Below, piece after piece: positions 47,161 through 55,976 of a stretch of 64,000 bases of DNA. Position 1 is the stretch's first letter. Each line of letters begins with the position of its first letter. Below the pieces are notes generated by a model, which had not been told where the DNA came from, ran no database searches, and saw only the letters and a list, made by a program, of their open reading frames with translations. The position numbers and the translations under genes are program-made. This stretch comes from a virus, in the IMG/VR virus record IMGVR_UViG_3300023179_000012. One strand, written 5' to 3'.

Positions 47161-47861
47161 TTATACACAAACAATCCGTCGTTACTTTTGTCTTCGGTCT
47201 TATATCCATGATTAATAAACTTGTTTTTCATCATGCTTCTACATTGATCAAAGTGAGAACAATACTGTGGATATGTATGAACTTCTACAAAAAGATTATC
47301 CACAATTGGATAGATATAGTCTAAAAATTCATCTGTTATAACTTTAAATTCTGAGCCTTCAATATCCATCTTTAATAGATCTATATGCTCTATGTTATTT
47401 TCACTAATAATGGTTTGTAGTCTTCTGCCGTTTACAGTCACAAAATTATTTGTTGGACTAACAGCACTATTTGATGTTGTATTATGGTTTACAATATAAA
47501 ACCTAATTTCTTCATCCTCATTCCATAAAGCATAATTTATTGGTTTAATATTATCGAGTTTAGAAGAAGACACCACATGATTTAGAATACTAAAATGTGA
47601 TGGAGTAGGTTCTATAGCATAAATAGCTTTGCTTGATGGTGAACAAAAAACGGAAAATAAACCAACATTAGCACCAGCGTCTACCACAACAAGATCTTTT
47701 TTACCATCAAAAAAGAAGTCATAAATTCTATCCCTATTAATTTGTTCATTAAGAATAGTATTGATATATGATTGTGGTGAGAAAAAATGTGCTACTGCTT
47801 GAGGCTCTGATATTTTAATTTGTACGGGTATTTGATTACTAGCAATCATATCAAGAATCAT
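47157..47861 (-). CDS. FkbM-family methyltransferase
   Basis: VDAGANVG, AIEP, LLKMDIEGSE, VEVH. Confidence 0.9.
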   Translation of the reverse strand: MILDMIASNQIPVQIKISEPQAVAHFFSPQSYINTILNEQINRDRIYDFFFDGKKDLVVVDAGANVGLFSVFCSPSSKAIYAIEPTPSHFSILNHVVSSSKLDNIKPINYALWNEDEEIRFYIVNHNTTSNSAVSPTNNFVTVNGRRLQTIISENNIEHIDLLKMDIEGSEFKVITDEFLDYIYPIVDNLFVEVHTYPQYCSHFDQCRSMMKNKFINHGYKTEDKSNDGLFVYK

Positions 47862-48679
47862 AGTGTTTTCCTTTGTGTTATTAAGTCTTGTACGCCTTGT
47901 TTAAGTGAAAATCTTGGAACAAATCCATACTTTTCTTTAGCATATTTTATATCGCATAACCATGTATTGTTTTCAAAAGGCTTGGCCAACCCCTGACTAA
48001 TCTTAATACAATCTGGTTGATTTCCAAAAATATTAATAAAGATATTAAGTACTTCAAAATTAGATGTTTGTCTACCCGTGCCAAAATTTACTATATCACC
48101 ATTATAACCATTATGCAATAGTAAATCTAGGCCAAAAATAAAATCGTTGATATAAATAAAGTCATGATATCCTTCTGATAGTACCATTTCTGTGTTATTT
48201 ACAAAAGCCTCGTAAAGTTTTGAAAAGAGTCGATATGATTTTTCGTATTTACCATATAAACTATATGGTCTTGCAACTATAATTGGTAAATCATATTCTA
48301 TTGCTGCTGATTGACACATTAATGTTGCTGCCGCTTTTGTACCAGCATAATAAGATACAGGCTCTAATAAGTCGGTTTCTTTGCTAGGAAAATCTTTTTT
48401 ACCATACTCTGCCGATGATCCTATCTGAACGAGTTTAGTTTTTGTTTGTTTGACATATTCTATTAGCTTATGAACTAATCCAACATTAGTATCAAACATA
48501 GTTTCAAAATCATATATGCTTGCTGCTGTATTAATAATAAAATCTGGATTTTCCGCTAACTTATCATCTATATGATCGTTTCTAGATAGCGTAATGATAG
48601 AATATTTATTGGTATAATACTCAATTAAATTTTTACCAACAAACCCATTGGATCCGGTAATTAATATTTTCTTTACCAT
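47858..48679 (-). CDS. NAD-dependent epimerase/dehydratase/reductase (SDR)
   Basis: TGSNGFVG, GSSAEYG, YAGTK, RPYSLYG, HDFIYI. Confidence 0.9.
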   Translation of the reverse strand: MVKKILITGSNGFVGKNLIEYYTNKYSIITLSRNDHIDDKLAENPDFIINTAASIYDFETMFDTNVGLVHKLIEYVKQTKTKLVQIGSSAEYGKKDFPSKETDLLEPVSYYAGTKAAATLMCQSAAIEYDLPIIVARPYSLYGKYEKSYRLFSKLYEAFVNNTEMVLSEGYHDFIYINDFIFGLDLLLHNGYNGDIVNFGTGRQTSNFEVLNIFINIFGNQPDCIKISQGLAKPFENNTWLCDIKYAKEKYGFVPRFSLKQGVQDLITQRKTL

Positions 48680-49641
48680 ATAAATTTGTGTTTATAATAG
48701 CGCACTATTTGCTTGAGTTCTTGATCAAAACTAGCATTAGGCTTCCACCCTAATGATTTTAATTTAGAATCATCTAAGGAGTATCTTACGTCCTGACCAC
48801 TCCTTTTAACATCATAATCGATATACTTATTAATATCTATTGATTCTATTTTTTTATTTAAATATACTGAGATAATTTTTTTGACCGTATCTATATTTTT
48901 TTGTTCTAGATTACCAGAAATATTAAAGATTTCATTATAACAATTAGATTCTATAATACTTGACACAGCACTAGACGTATCTTTTGCGTGTAACCAATTT
49001 CTAATGGGTTCGCCATGATTATGTAGTGGGATTTTTCTACCAAGGTTGAGATATTTAATTGTCTTGGGTATAAGTTTTTCTACATATTGTCCCATACCAT
49101 AATTATTAGTTGGTCTAACAATAATATAAGGAATACTATACGTTCTGCTCCACGCTTGTATTAACATATCCGCAGCGGCTTTTGTTGCCGAATAAGGATT
49201 GGATGGTTTGAGCAAATCCTGCTCTGTATGAGATCCTTCTATGATATCCCCATATACTTCGTCAGTACTAAAATGTACAAGTTTTGGCAACTGTCCATTT
49301 TCTGTACGGTATTCGCGTAATAATTCTAGTATTCTTTGAACACCATTTATATTTGATTGAATAAAATCTTTACTACTAATAATACTATTACCAACATGAG
49401 TTTCAGCAGCAACGTTGATTATATAATCGCAGTCATATAAAAATTCTAGATCATTAATATCTAATTGGTTAAATGAAAAGTTTTTATATTTGCTAAATGT
49501 TTGAAGTAATTCGGCGTTTGCCGCATAAGTAATTTTGTCAATTCCTTTGACAAACCAACCTTTCTTTAAACAGTCGTTGGTTATGTAGGATCCTATAAAT
49601 CCCAAACATCCAGTGATATAAACAACCTTGGGTTTTTTCAT
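48673..49641 (-). CDS. rfbB: dTDP-glucose 4,6-dehydratase
   Basis: TGCLGFIG, DKITYA, AAETHV, STDEVYG, PYSATKAAAD, NNYG..Q..EKLIP, RSGQDVRY. Confidence 0.92.
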   Translation of the reverse strand: MKKPKVVYITGCLGFIGSYITNDCLKKGWFVKGIDKITYAANAELLQTFSKYKNFSFNQLDINDLEFLYDCDYIINVAAETHVGNSIISSKDFIQSNINGVQRILELLREYRTENGQLPKLVHFSTDEVYGDIIEGSHTEQDLLKPSNPYSATKAAADMLIQAWSRTYSIPYIIVRPTNNYGMGQYVEKLIPKTIKYLNLGRKIPLHNHGEPIRNWLHAKDTSSAVSSIIESNCYNEIFNISGNLEQKNIDTVKKIISVYLNKKIESIDINKYIDYDVKRSGQDVRYSLDDSKLKSLGWKPNASFDQELKQIVRYYKHKFIW

Positions 49642-49642
49642 T

Positions 49643-50188
49643 TCACTGCTTTGGGTTATAAACATAAACAGGGATATTGTACCAAATATCACTAATAAGA
49701 TTTTCTATAAATTGCCAATTACCACCAGCAAGACCACTACCGAATTTTGGACAATGAATCTCTATATTTTTTTCTGATGAGTTTTGTAAACCCGCGACTG
49801 TGTTTCTAATATCTATCATGGACTTCATTAAATATTCATAATTTAGTGGTCTAGGATTATTTTTAGCAATAGTTTTGTTTTGGGCAATCATGTTAGCAAC
49901 TATTAACTCGTGCCTATATGATGGGTTTTTTAATACTGTAATATATTGAACATGGCCTAATTTAGCCTTGTTACCTAGTAAGTGAAAATTCTCTTTTACT
50001 ATCGGAAATCTATTTGCTATATAAGCAGCAAATCCAGCGCCAAATAAATTAATATTGTTGCATACATGGGGGATGATAACACTTGAACCAAGATGGTCAG
50101 AATTGATTCTTTGTTTTGAGGATTCTATTATATCTTCTGATAAATAAACAAAAGACTTCGACGGTGATGATAGTTTATGCTTTAGCAT
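49643..50188 (-). CDS. Macrodomain (Poa1p/DarG-like ADP-ribosylhydrolase)
   Basis: HVCNNINLFGAGFA; CPKFGSGLAGGNW..I..LI. Confidence 0.8.
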   Translation of the reverse strand: MLKHKLSSPSKSFVYLSEDIIESSKQRINSDHLGSSVIIPHVCNNINLFGAGFAAYIANRFPIVKENFHLLGNKAKLGHVQYITVLKNPSYRHELIVANMIAQNKTIAKNNPRPLNYEYLMKSMIDIRNTVAGLQNSSEKNIEIHCPKFGSGLAGGNWQFIENLISDIWYNIPVYVYNPKQ

Positions 50189-50191
50189 TTT

Positions 50192-50425
50192 TCACCATTT
50201 GCCTAAAGGACATTTTTGGTCTGCCCATGCAAGTTTATTCATAAAGATTCTTTGTTTATTAATATTACAACCGCAATCTAAGCATATGCTTTTGGTCTTG
50301 TCAAAATGGTCACAATTATCACATATCGAGAATCTTTGATTAATTAACGCTTGACTACTTTTAGGCATTCCACAATGAACATGCCAAATAAATGATTTAA
50401 TAAAAGTAAACAATCTTGTAATCAT
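50192..50425 (-). CDS. Small Cys-rich protein (DUF6171-like)
   Basis: RFSICDNC...CLDCGC...K...CPLGKW. Confidence 0.65.
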   Translation of the reverse strand: MITRLFTFIKSFIWHVHCGMPKSSQALINQRFSICDNCDHFDKTKSICLDCGCNINKQRIFMNKLAWADQKCPLGKW

Positions 50426-50429
50426 TATT

Positions 50430-51083
50430 TTACTCCCAAGTTTTAGATTTACGACCCGACCAATTAATCATAGTCGGCCCAAGGTGAATAACAAAGCTGC
50501 CATCTATAATTTTTCTATTATTAGGTCCGAAGTTAAATTTAGCAAACCATCTGTCCACTCTAGCAGCATTAGGAAACTGAGGATACTCTAGTTGTCTATT
50601 AATAATATGGTCAGCAGATAAATTAATTAATTGAAAATATCCAGGAGTATAATGCATCGCTCTTTCTAATCGAGGATTTGGTTTAACTCTACCTTCAATA
50701 ATATCTTTCAACTCGTTTGAGGAATGAACAATATGTCTTCTCATTCCATAAATATTATTTTTATCTAAATTAAGCTCTTGAATTGTAGACTTTAAATTTA
50801 ACGGATAAATACAATCGGCATCTCCTATAAGCAGCCAATCTTTATCTTGTATATGTTTTAATCCCTCATTTAATCCTGCTCCTTTATTAAAATCGCATTT
50901 ATTGTCAAAAAAGATATCTGTTTCTATAGTTTTTATGTTTGAGTATTGTCTACAAACATTTTGAGTATGATGATCGGTTGTTGATGTTACTACTGTGATT
51001 TGGTCAAATATAGAGGCGTTTTGTTTTAATGTTTCGTTTAGGTAATCGCCAAAATTTACGCTAACACAAAGAAAATTAATCAT
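50430..51083 (-). CDS. GT-A glycosyltransferase (paralog of 51080-51784)
   Basis: FNKGAGLN, LIGDAD, GYFQL, HLG..NW.GR. Confidence 0.7.
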   Translation of the reverse strand: MINFLCVSVNFGDYLNETLKQNASIFDQITVVTSTTDHHTQNVCRQYSNIKTIETDIFFDNKCDFNKGAGLNEGLKHIQDKDWLLIGDADCIYPLNLKSTIQELNLDKNNIYGMRRHIVHSSNELKDIIEGRVKPNPRLERAMHYTPGYFQLINLSADHIINRQLEYPQFPNAARVDRWFAKFNFGPNNRKIIDGSFVIHLGPTMINWSGRKSKTWE

Positions 51084-51784
51084 ACAAATTTCTCACTTTT
51101 TCTACCGTACCAATTTACACAGGTTTTTCCTAGATGTAAGCAATAAAATTCATGAAGCAAAGTTCTGAATGGTCTTGTGAAAGTACCTCTTGAAAAAATA
51201 GTATCAATATACCTACAACTTCTTCCTTCTGGATATACAACTTTTTTATCTTTAAAAACATCAGCATCAAAATTAAATAATTGACAATATCCAGGGAAAT
51301 AATGGACCGATCTATTTTCTTGATTCTTAAACTGTTCTGGCGATACATCTGATGATTTTTCATTATTCATTACATGAACCATTTCTGGCAATATTGCTGG
51401 TGAAGAAACCATTTTTCTATACATGCAATGTAAATTAGTTTTTTTTAGGTCGTTAAAAATGCCTCTCAGCCTTCGCGGATATACACAATCGGCATCACCA
51501 ATTAAAATCCAGTCTTTGTTAGGAATTTGCGATAAACCATAATTGATTCCGCCGCCTTTATTAAAAATACTACTTCCCCATTTTCCACCTTGATAAAAGG
51601 CTTCTGTCAATAATAGATGAATATTAGAGTGATCATCCAAACTATGAATAGTTTTTGATATAGCCTGATCTCTAGCAGATGATACCACATAAATATTATC
51701 AAATACAGGTTGATTATATTTCAACGTGTAAGATAAATAATCATTATAGTTGACTGATACTATTAGTAGGTTTAGCTTTGACAT
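51080..51784 (-). CDS. GT-A glycosyltransferase (tandem paralog)
   Basis: FNKGGGIN, LIGDAD, GYCQL, HLG..NW.GR. Confidence 0.7.
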   Translation of the reverse strand: MSKLNLLIVSVNYNDYLSYTLKYNQPVFDNIYVVSSARDQAISKTIHSLDDHSNIHLLLTEAFYQGGKWGSSIFNKGGGINYGLSQIPNKDWILIGDADCVYPRRLRGIFNDLKKTNLHCMYRKMVSSPAILPEMVHVMNNEKSSDVSPEQFKNQENRSVHYFPGYCQLFNFDADVFKDKKVVYPEGRSCRYIDTIFSRGTFTRPFRTLLHEFYCLHLGKTCVNWYGRKSEKFV

Positions 51785-51992
51785 TTTTAACTGGAATTAT
51801 ATTGTTGTCTTCATTTAGCATCAACAAGGGGCAAATATCAACCATAGTATCGTCTTTCATCCACTTTGGATTTCCAGTTTGAAGATCGTAACAAAGTTTA
51901 GTATTATTATTCTTAAAATCAGAAGTTAATACAAAAATTTTATTATCTATCTTGAAACAATCCCCGTGCTCTAATTCCTCTAAATATTTCAT
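51744..51992 (-). CDS. Small hypothetical protein
   Basis: LEELEHGDCFKIDNKIFV resembles the N-terminus of the 57-aa ORF at 14872. Confidence 0.55.
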   Translation of the reverse strand: MKYLEELEHGDCFKIDNKIFVLTSDFKNNNTKLCYDLQTGNPKWMKDDTMVDICPLLMLNEDNNIIPVKNVKAKPTNSISQL

Positions 51993-52000
51993 AATGAATT

Positions 52001-52201
52001 CTAATAATAGTCCTTATAGTTGTATTCGTCAATATCATCCAAAAGTTCGTCTTCGATTATTTCTCTAATCTTATTTTTAAAAGCCTTGTTTGCTTTATTT
52101 ACAAACTTTTGTTCTTCAGATATAATCTTTTTTTGTTTTTTGCTAATTTTATTATTCTGAGACTTACGATCATCCCTGTCAAAATTATCTGAGGTTTTCA
52201 T
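52001..52201 (-). CDS. Small charged hypothetical protein
   Basis: 66 aa; ATGA-type overlap. Confidence 0.5.
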   Translation of the reverse strand: MKTSDNFDRDDRKSQNNKISKKQKKIISEEQKFVNKANKAFKNKIREIIEDELLDDIDEYNYKDYY

Positions 52202-52950
52202 TTTCTTTTGTTTTTATTGATCCATTCCACAAATTTGCTAACTCTGGTATGACCTGACTCTTCATTGTACTTGCCTGACGGAGACTTGTCAACAGCCATA
52301 ATACAAGAATTTATACCAGCTAATCGATTATCAATAAATAATCCTCCTCCGCTGTCTCCACTACATATAATAAATTCTAACGATGTTCTAGTTTTGTCTC
52401 CAATTCTTGATGGACTACATATAAGTAAATCTTGTTCTAAACCATCAATAATATTAGATCCTGCTCGTTTTTTACCATCGTGCGATACTGCCCCAATATT
52501 AAATGTACCATGAAAACCATAACCAGCTATACTACATAATTTACCAGTTTCATTATCTTCTGTATATAAGGCTGGATAAAATTTTAAGTTGAATGGTTCT
52601 TTACTATACCCTATCGCAATATCGGCTATCCCAAATCTTTCTTTATTGAAATTTTCATGAATAATAAAACTTGAAATACAAAATTCATTATCGTTTAATT
52701 TTACTATACAAGATGTGCTATCTTCAACAACATGAGCCGCCGTTAAAACATGATGATCATCAATTAATACTGCTGATGCCCCAAAAATTTTCCCATCTTC
52801 ATAACGACCAGATAATTCAACAACGTAGGCAAAATCTTTACCATAAGAGATATATTTATGATCAGCAACCTGTGGATCTATTGTTCCAGAAATGCTTTGT
52901 ACAGAAAATAACATAATACATAAAGTAGTCAATATTTTTAATAGCATCAT
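52198..52950 (-). CDS. Exported trypsin-like serine protease (S1)
   Basis: Signal peptide; LTAAHV, DIAI, GDSGGG triad. Confidence 0.9.
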   Translation of the reverse strand: MMLLKILTTLCIMLFSVQSISGTIDPQVADHKYISYGKDFAYVVELSGRYEDGKIFGASAVLIDDHHVLTAAHVVEDSTSCIVKLNDNEFCISSFIIHENFNKERFGIADIAIGYSKEPFNLKFYPALYTEDNETGKLCSIAGYGFHGTFNIGAVSHDGKKRAGSNIIDGLEQDLLICSPSRIGDKTRTSLEFIICSGDSGGGLFIDNRLAGINSCIMAVDKSPSGKYNEESGHTRVSKFVEWINKNKRK

Positions 52951-52959
52951 ACCACCCCG

Positions 52960-53268
52960 TCAGTGAGGTTTATTTTTTACCTTATCTAAATACACTTCAC
53001 AATCTTCTTTTACATCTTTATTCCAACTTTTATAATCCAATAAGTGGCCAAATAGTAAGTGACACGGATCATCGCACAAGGTAATAAGATTACTTGGGTC
53101 TAATTCTCTGTCGGGATTACGGTGAACAGGTTCAATATGATGAACTTCTACTTTTTTATTTCTCCCACAAGCCGCACAAGTTGGTTGACTACTAAGATGT
53201 TCCTTTCTTACTTTGCTCCATTTAGGAGATCTATAGGCAAAACGTAAAAATTTTCTAATGCCGAACAT
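52960..53268 (-). CDS. Small HNH endonuclease
   Basis: CAACG...EVHHIEP...NLITLC...CH..FGH. Confidence 0.85.
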   Translation of the reverse strand: MFGIRKFLRFAYRSPKWSKVRKEHLSSQPTCAACGRNKKVEVHHIEPVHRNPDRELDPSNLITLCDDPCHLLFGHLLDYKSWNKDVKEDCEVYLDKVKNKPH

Positions 53269-53274
53269 AAATAG

Positions 53275-54000
53275 TTATCCTAGAAAAAAGTCTAAAGCTT
53301 TAGTATCTTCTATATCATTCGCGTTTATATATGGCCAATAGTGTTTGAACTTTCTTCTTCTGCTGTGATCGGCATTACGCCTTAAACATTTGCCACGAAA
53401 TTCATGATGACTTTTGGTAAAATAATGATTGAGTTGAGCAATAGAGTAATCGACAGGCGAATTGAATGATCCAGTTCTTTTTTCTTTATTTAAATTATAC
53501 CATTCGCCATCAACACAATGGCCGTGTTGATATCTATTGCTTGGTAGTTTTACAATAGTTTTAATATGTTTATTGGCTTCAAAAGATTCTGGCGCTCTCT
53601 TTGTGAATCTTTCTAAAACCTTATAATTATTATCTATTGGTTGAATATGTCCATTACAGCCAAATATCGCCCAATTAATACCAATAGCATTACATTCTTC
53701 ATATTCCATCAAAAAATCTTTTAGATTATGATGCTTATTTAAAACTAAAAATTCATCCACATCAAAAATTGCCGCCCAATCATATCCTTGGCTCAGGTTT
53801 CTGATAAAATGATTGTAGGCTAGCATTTGCATACCCCTACCATTCCAGGGAATAGTCGTAACATTCTCATCATTAATATTTGATATCCAGTCATTTTCAA
53901 ATATAAAGATATGATCGAAACCTATTTTTTTATTATAGGACATCCACTCATGAATATAATTTTCCTCACCATGTGCTATACAAACTAAAGCTGTTTTCAT
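53275..54000 (-). CDS. GT92/GT2_4-like glycosyltransferase
   Basis: EENYIHEW..Y....GFDHIFI, FDVDEFL, KTIV, LNHY.TKS. Confidence 0.8.
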   Translation of the reverse strand: MKTALVCIAHGEENYIHEWMSYNKKIGFDHIFIFENDWISNINDENVTTIPWNGRGMQMLAYNHFIRNLSQGYDWAAIFDVDEFLVLNKHHNLKDFLMEYEECNAIGINWAIFGCNGHIQPIDNNYKVLERFTKRAPESFEANKHIKTIVKLPSNRYQHGHCVDGEWYNLNKEKRTGSFNSPVDYSIAQLNHYFTKSHHEFRGKCLRRNADHSRRRKFKHYWPYINANDIEDTKALDFFLG

Positions 54001-54005
54001 TTTAT

Positions 54006-54278
54006 TTAGTCTATATCGTATTTGATATCAGTTGATGGTTGAAAATTTTCATACCTTTGAAAGTCAATAGATTTATTTATATTTAAGTATTGCAAATTTT
54101 TTTTAGTTAATTCTATCCATTCGTCAGAAGTATCTATTGAAGTAACTATGCCGTGAGTATAATTCAAAATAATTTGAGTGCTTGCTCCAACCCCAAATTC
54201 CAATATATTTGTAGATTTAATTGCTAATTCTTTTAGTATCAAAAAATCATTTGTTGATATATCTCCAATATAATCCAT
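54006..54278 (-). pseudogene. Truncated class I methyltransferase (N-terminal half only)
   Basis: LEFGVGAST...SIDTS..WI; stops at KYDID where a D-x-I-F-V-D-G strand is expected. Confidence 0.5.
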
Positions 54279-54289
54279 TCTTTGGTGTC

Positions 54290-55291
54290 CTATAAAACTT
54301 TAGATGCTATTAAACACCCCTTAGATACAGAATGTAAAGGATCAGCCGCATGAACAACTTCTTTAACAGGTAATGGGAACTCATTCTCTGTTAATTTTTT
54401 AGTAAAATTCTCAATATAGCCTTTAGCCTGCGATGTTCCACCGGCCACCACAATTTTAATGGGATTCTTAAATTTTGGAAGAGCCTTATGGTTGCTTAGT
54501 GCAAAAGCTAGTTGTTTTGTTGTATAATCAATTAATCTTTCATAATATGCTGAAACGGCAGAAAGCACAGGATTATCATTTGGTTCACCAATTTTAAAAT
54601 CGCCACCCTCTTTCTCCGCTTGAACAACACTATCTGGTTCACCAGTGGCTACAGCACTCATACGATCAATCCAATCGCCAGACTTTGTGGTGCTAAAGAC
54701 TACTGTTGGTTCACCACTAAGCATAACACAAACATTCGTCATACCAGCACCGCAACTAATACCGATGCCAGTATAATCATCGTTTTCTAGTTCAGCATAA
54801 CATAGTGCTTCTGCCTCGTTAATAGAACGAGCATCATAACCACATTCTGCCAAAACGGTCTTGACTACATCTTCATGATAACCAACATCAAAATCTTCAT
54901 CTTCTTGATCTACAGGTTGTGCTGGTACACAAAATACTAATTTTTCACCGGGCTCTGATGCTGTTCCTACTACTTCTTTTAGAATAAAAGCTAGTATCCT
55001 TTTGGCGTCTTTTTCTTTCGCTGACACTACACCACGATACATGGGTCTTTTTGCAGCGTCGTTTCTTTCCACAGCTTTTTCTAGAGCATCTTTACCAAGA
55101 ATAATAAAAGAGCCGTCGTTATCTTTGATAAAAACTTTTCCAGCCAATCCTTTTTCAATCATTTTTGTTGCAACAGGGGTTGTTGGTTTGATTATGTAAA
55201 AGGCATCTCTAAAGTCTTTGTATTCAATATTTCCGTTGTTTTCTTGAGACAATACAATATAACTAGTGCCTACGTCTAAACCTTTTGACAT
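54290..55291 (-). CDS. Actin-fold ATPase (salactin/volactin-like)
   Basis: GLDVGT (phosphate 1), FCVPA, INEAEAL (connect 1), GISCGAGMTNV (phosphate 2), VAGGTS (adenosine), SVSKGCL (connect 2). Confidence 0.85.
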   Translation of the reverse strand: MSKGLDVGTSYIVLSQENNGNIEYKDFRDAFYIIKPTTPVATKMIEKGLAGKVFIKDNDGSFIILGKDALEKAVERNDAAKRPMYRGVVSAKEKDAKRILAFILKEVVGTASEPGEKLVFCVPAQPVDQEDEDFDVGYHEDVVKTVLAECGYDARSINEAEALCYAELENDDYTGIGISCGAGMTNVCVMLSGEPTVVFSTTKSGDWIDRMSAVATGEPDSVVQAEKEGGDFKIGEPNDNPVLSAVSAYYERLIDYTTKQLAFALSNHKALPKFKNPIKIVVAGGTSQAKGYIENFTKKLTENEFPLPVKEVVHAADPLHSVSKGCLIASKVL

Positions 55292-55294
55292 AAT

Positions 55295-55606
55295 TTACCC
55301 CTTTAGATTTTTAAGTTTATTAACTGAATTATTGATGTTTTCTTCTGTCTTTTTAATATCTCCAAGAGTATCATACTTTCTTTCTAATCCATCTGTCTTA
55401 ATGTCTACAACAAATTTTTTATCATCAATAGATAAGGCGCTTTTGGCTGGAGCCACAGTTTGGTTTTTGGTAAAAAAGGACTGCGGCCTATTTTCATATA
55501 CACCATTAGCTATATTTAGTCTACCTATAATATAGCCAATAAATCCGCTGACTATATTCAGTATGACTAAAATTGTAATAATCAGTATTTCATTATTTAT
55601 TGACAT
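55295..55606 (-). CDS. Single-TM protein with coiled C-terminus
   Basis: ILIITILVILNIVSGFIGYIIG followed by a soluble tail. Confidence 0.65.
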   Translation of the reverse strand: MSINNEILIITILVILNIVSGFIGYIIGRLNIANGVYENRPQSFFTKNQTVAPAKSALSIDDKKFVVDIKTDGLERKYDTLGDIKKTEENINNSVNKLKNLKG

Positions 55607-55976
55607 TTTTTAACCATTCTTTATATTTTGTTTTATTATAACCACTAAAAATCGACACTTCCTTTTTGTCTTTTAAAAATCTAGAGTCTGGTAAAGTAGT
55701 AACTCTATACTGTTTTTTCATATCTTTGTGTTGATCAACATCCACATAACAAACTATTTTACCGTCTAGTTCTTTGGTAAAAACCCCATTATTAATATCT
55801 GCTTTAAGGTTCACACAATGAGGACACCATTTTGCACCAAAAATTATTAGTAGTGGTTGATCACTGGATTCTGATAGTGCTATACCATCTAATATATTAT
55901 CGACCATAGGATAATCTGCCCAACAATAATTTGATCCAATACCAACTAAGACTATTGCTAAAAACCATTTAAACAT
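55593..55976 (-). CDS. Exported thioredoxin-fold protein (WCPHC)
   Basis: Signal-like MFKWFLAIVLVGIG; FGAKWCPHC; VTTLP. Confidence 0.85.
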   Translation of the reverse strand: MFKWFLAIVLVGIGSNYCWADYPMVDNILDGIALSESSDQPLLIIFGAKWCPHCVNLKADINNGVFTKELDGKIVCYVDVDQHKDMKKQYRVTTLPDSRFLKDKKEVSIFSGYNKTKYKEWLKNVNK

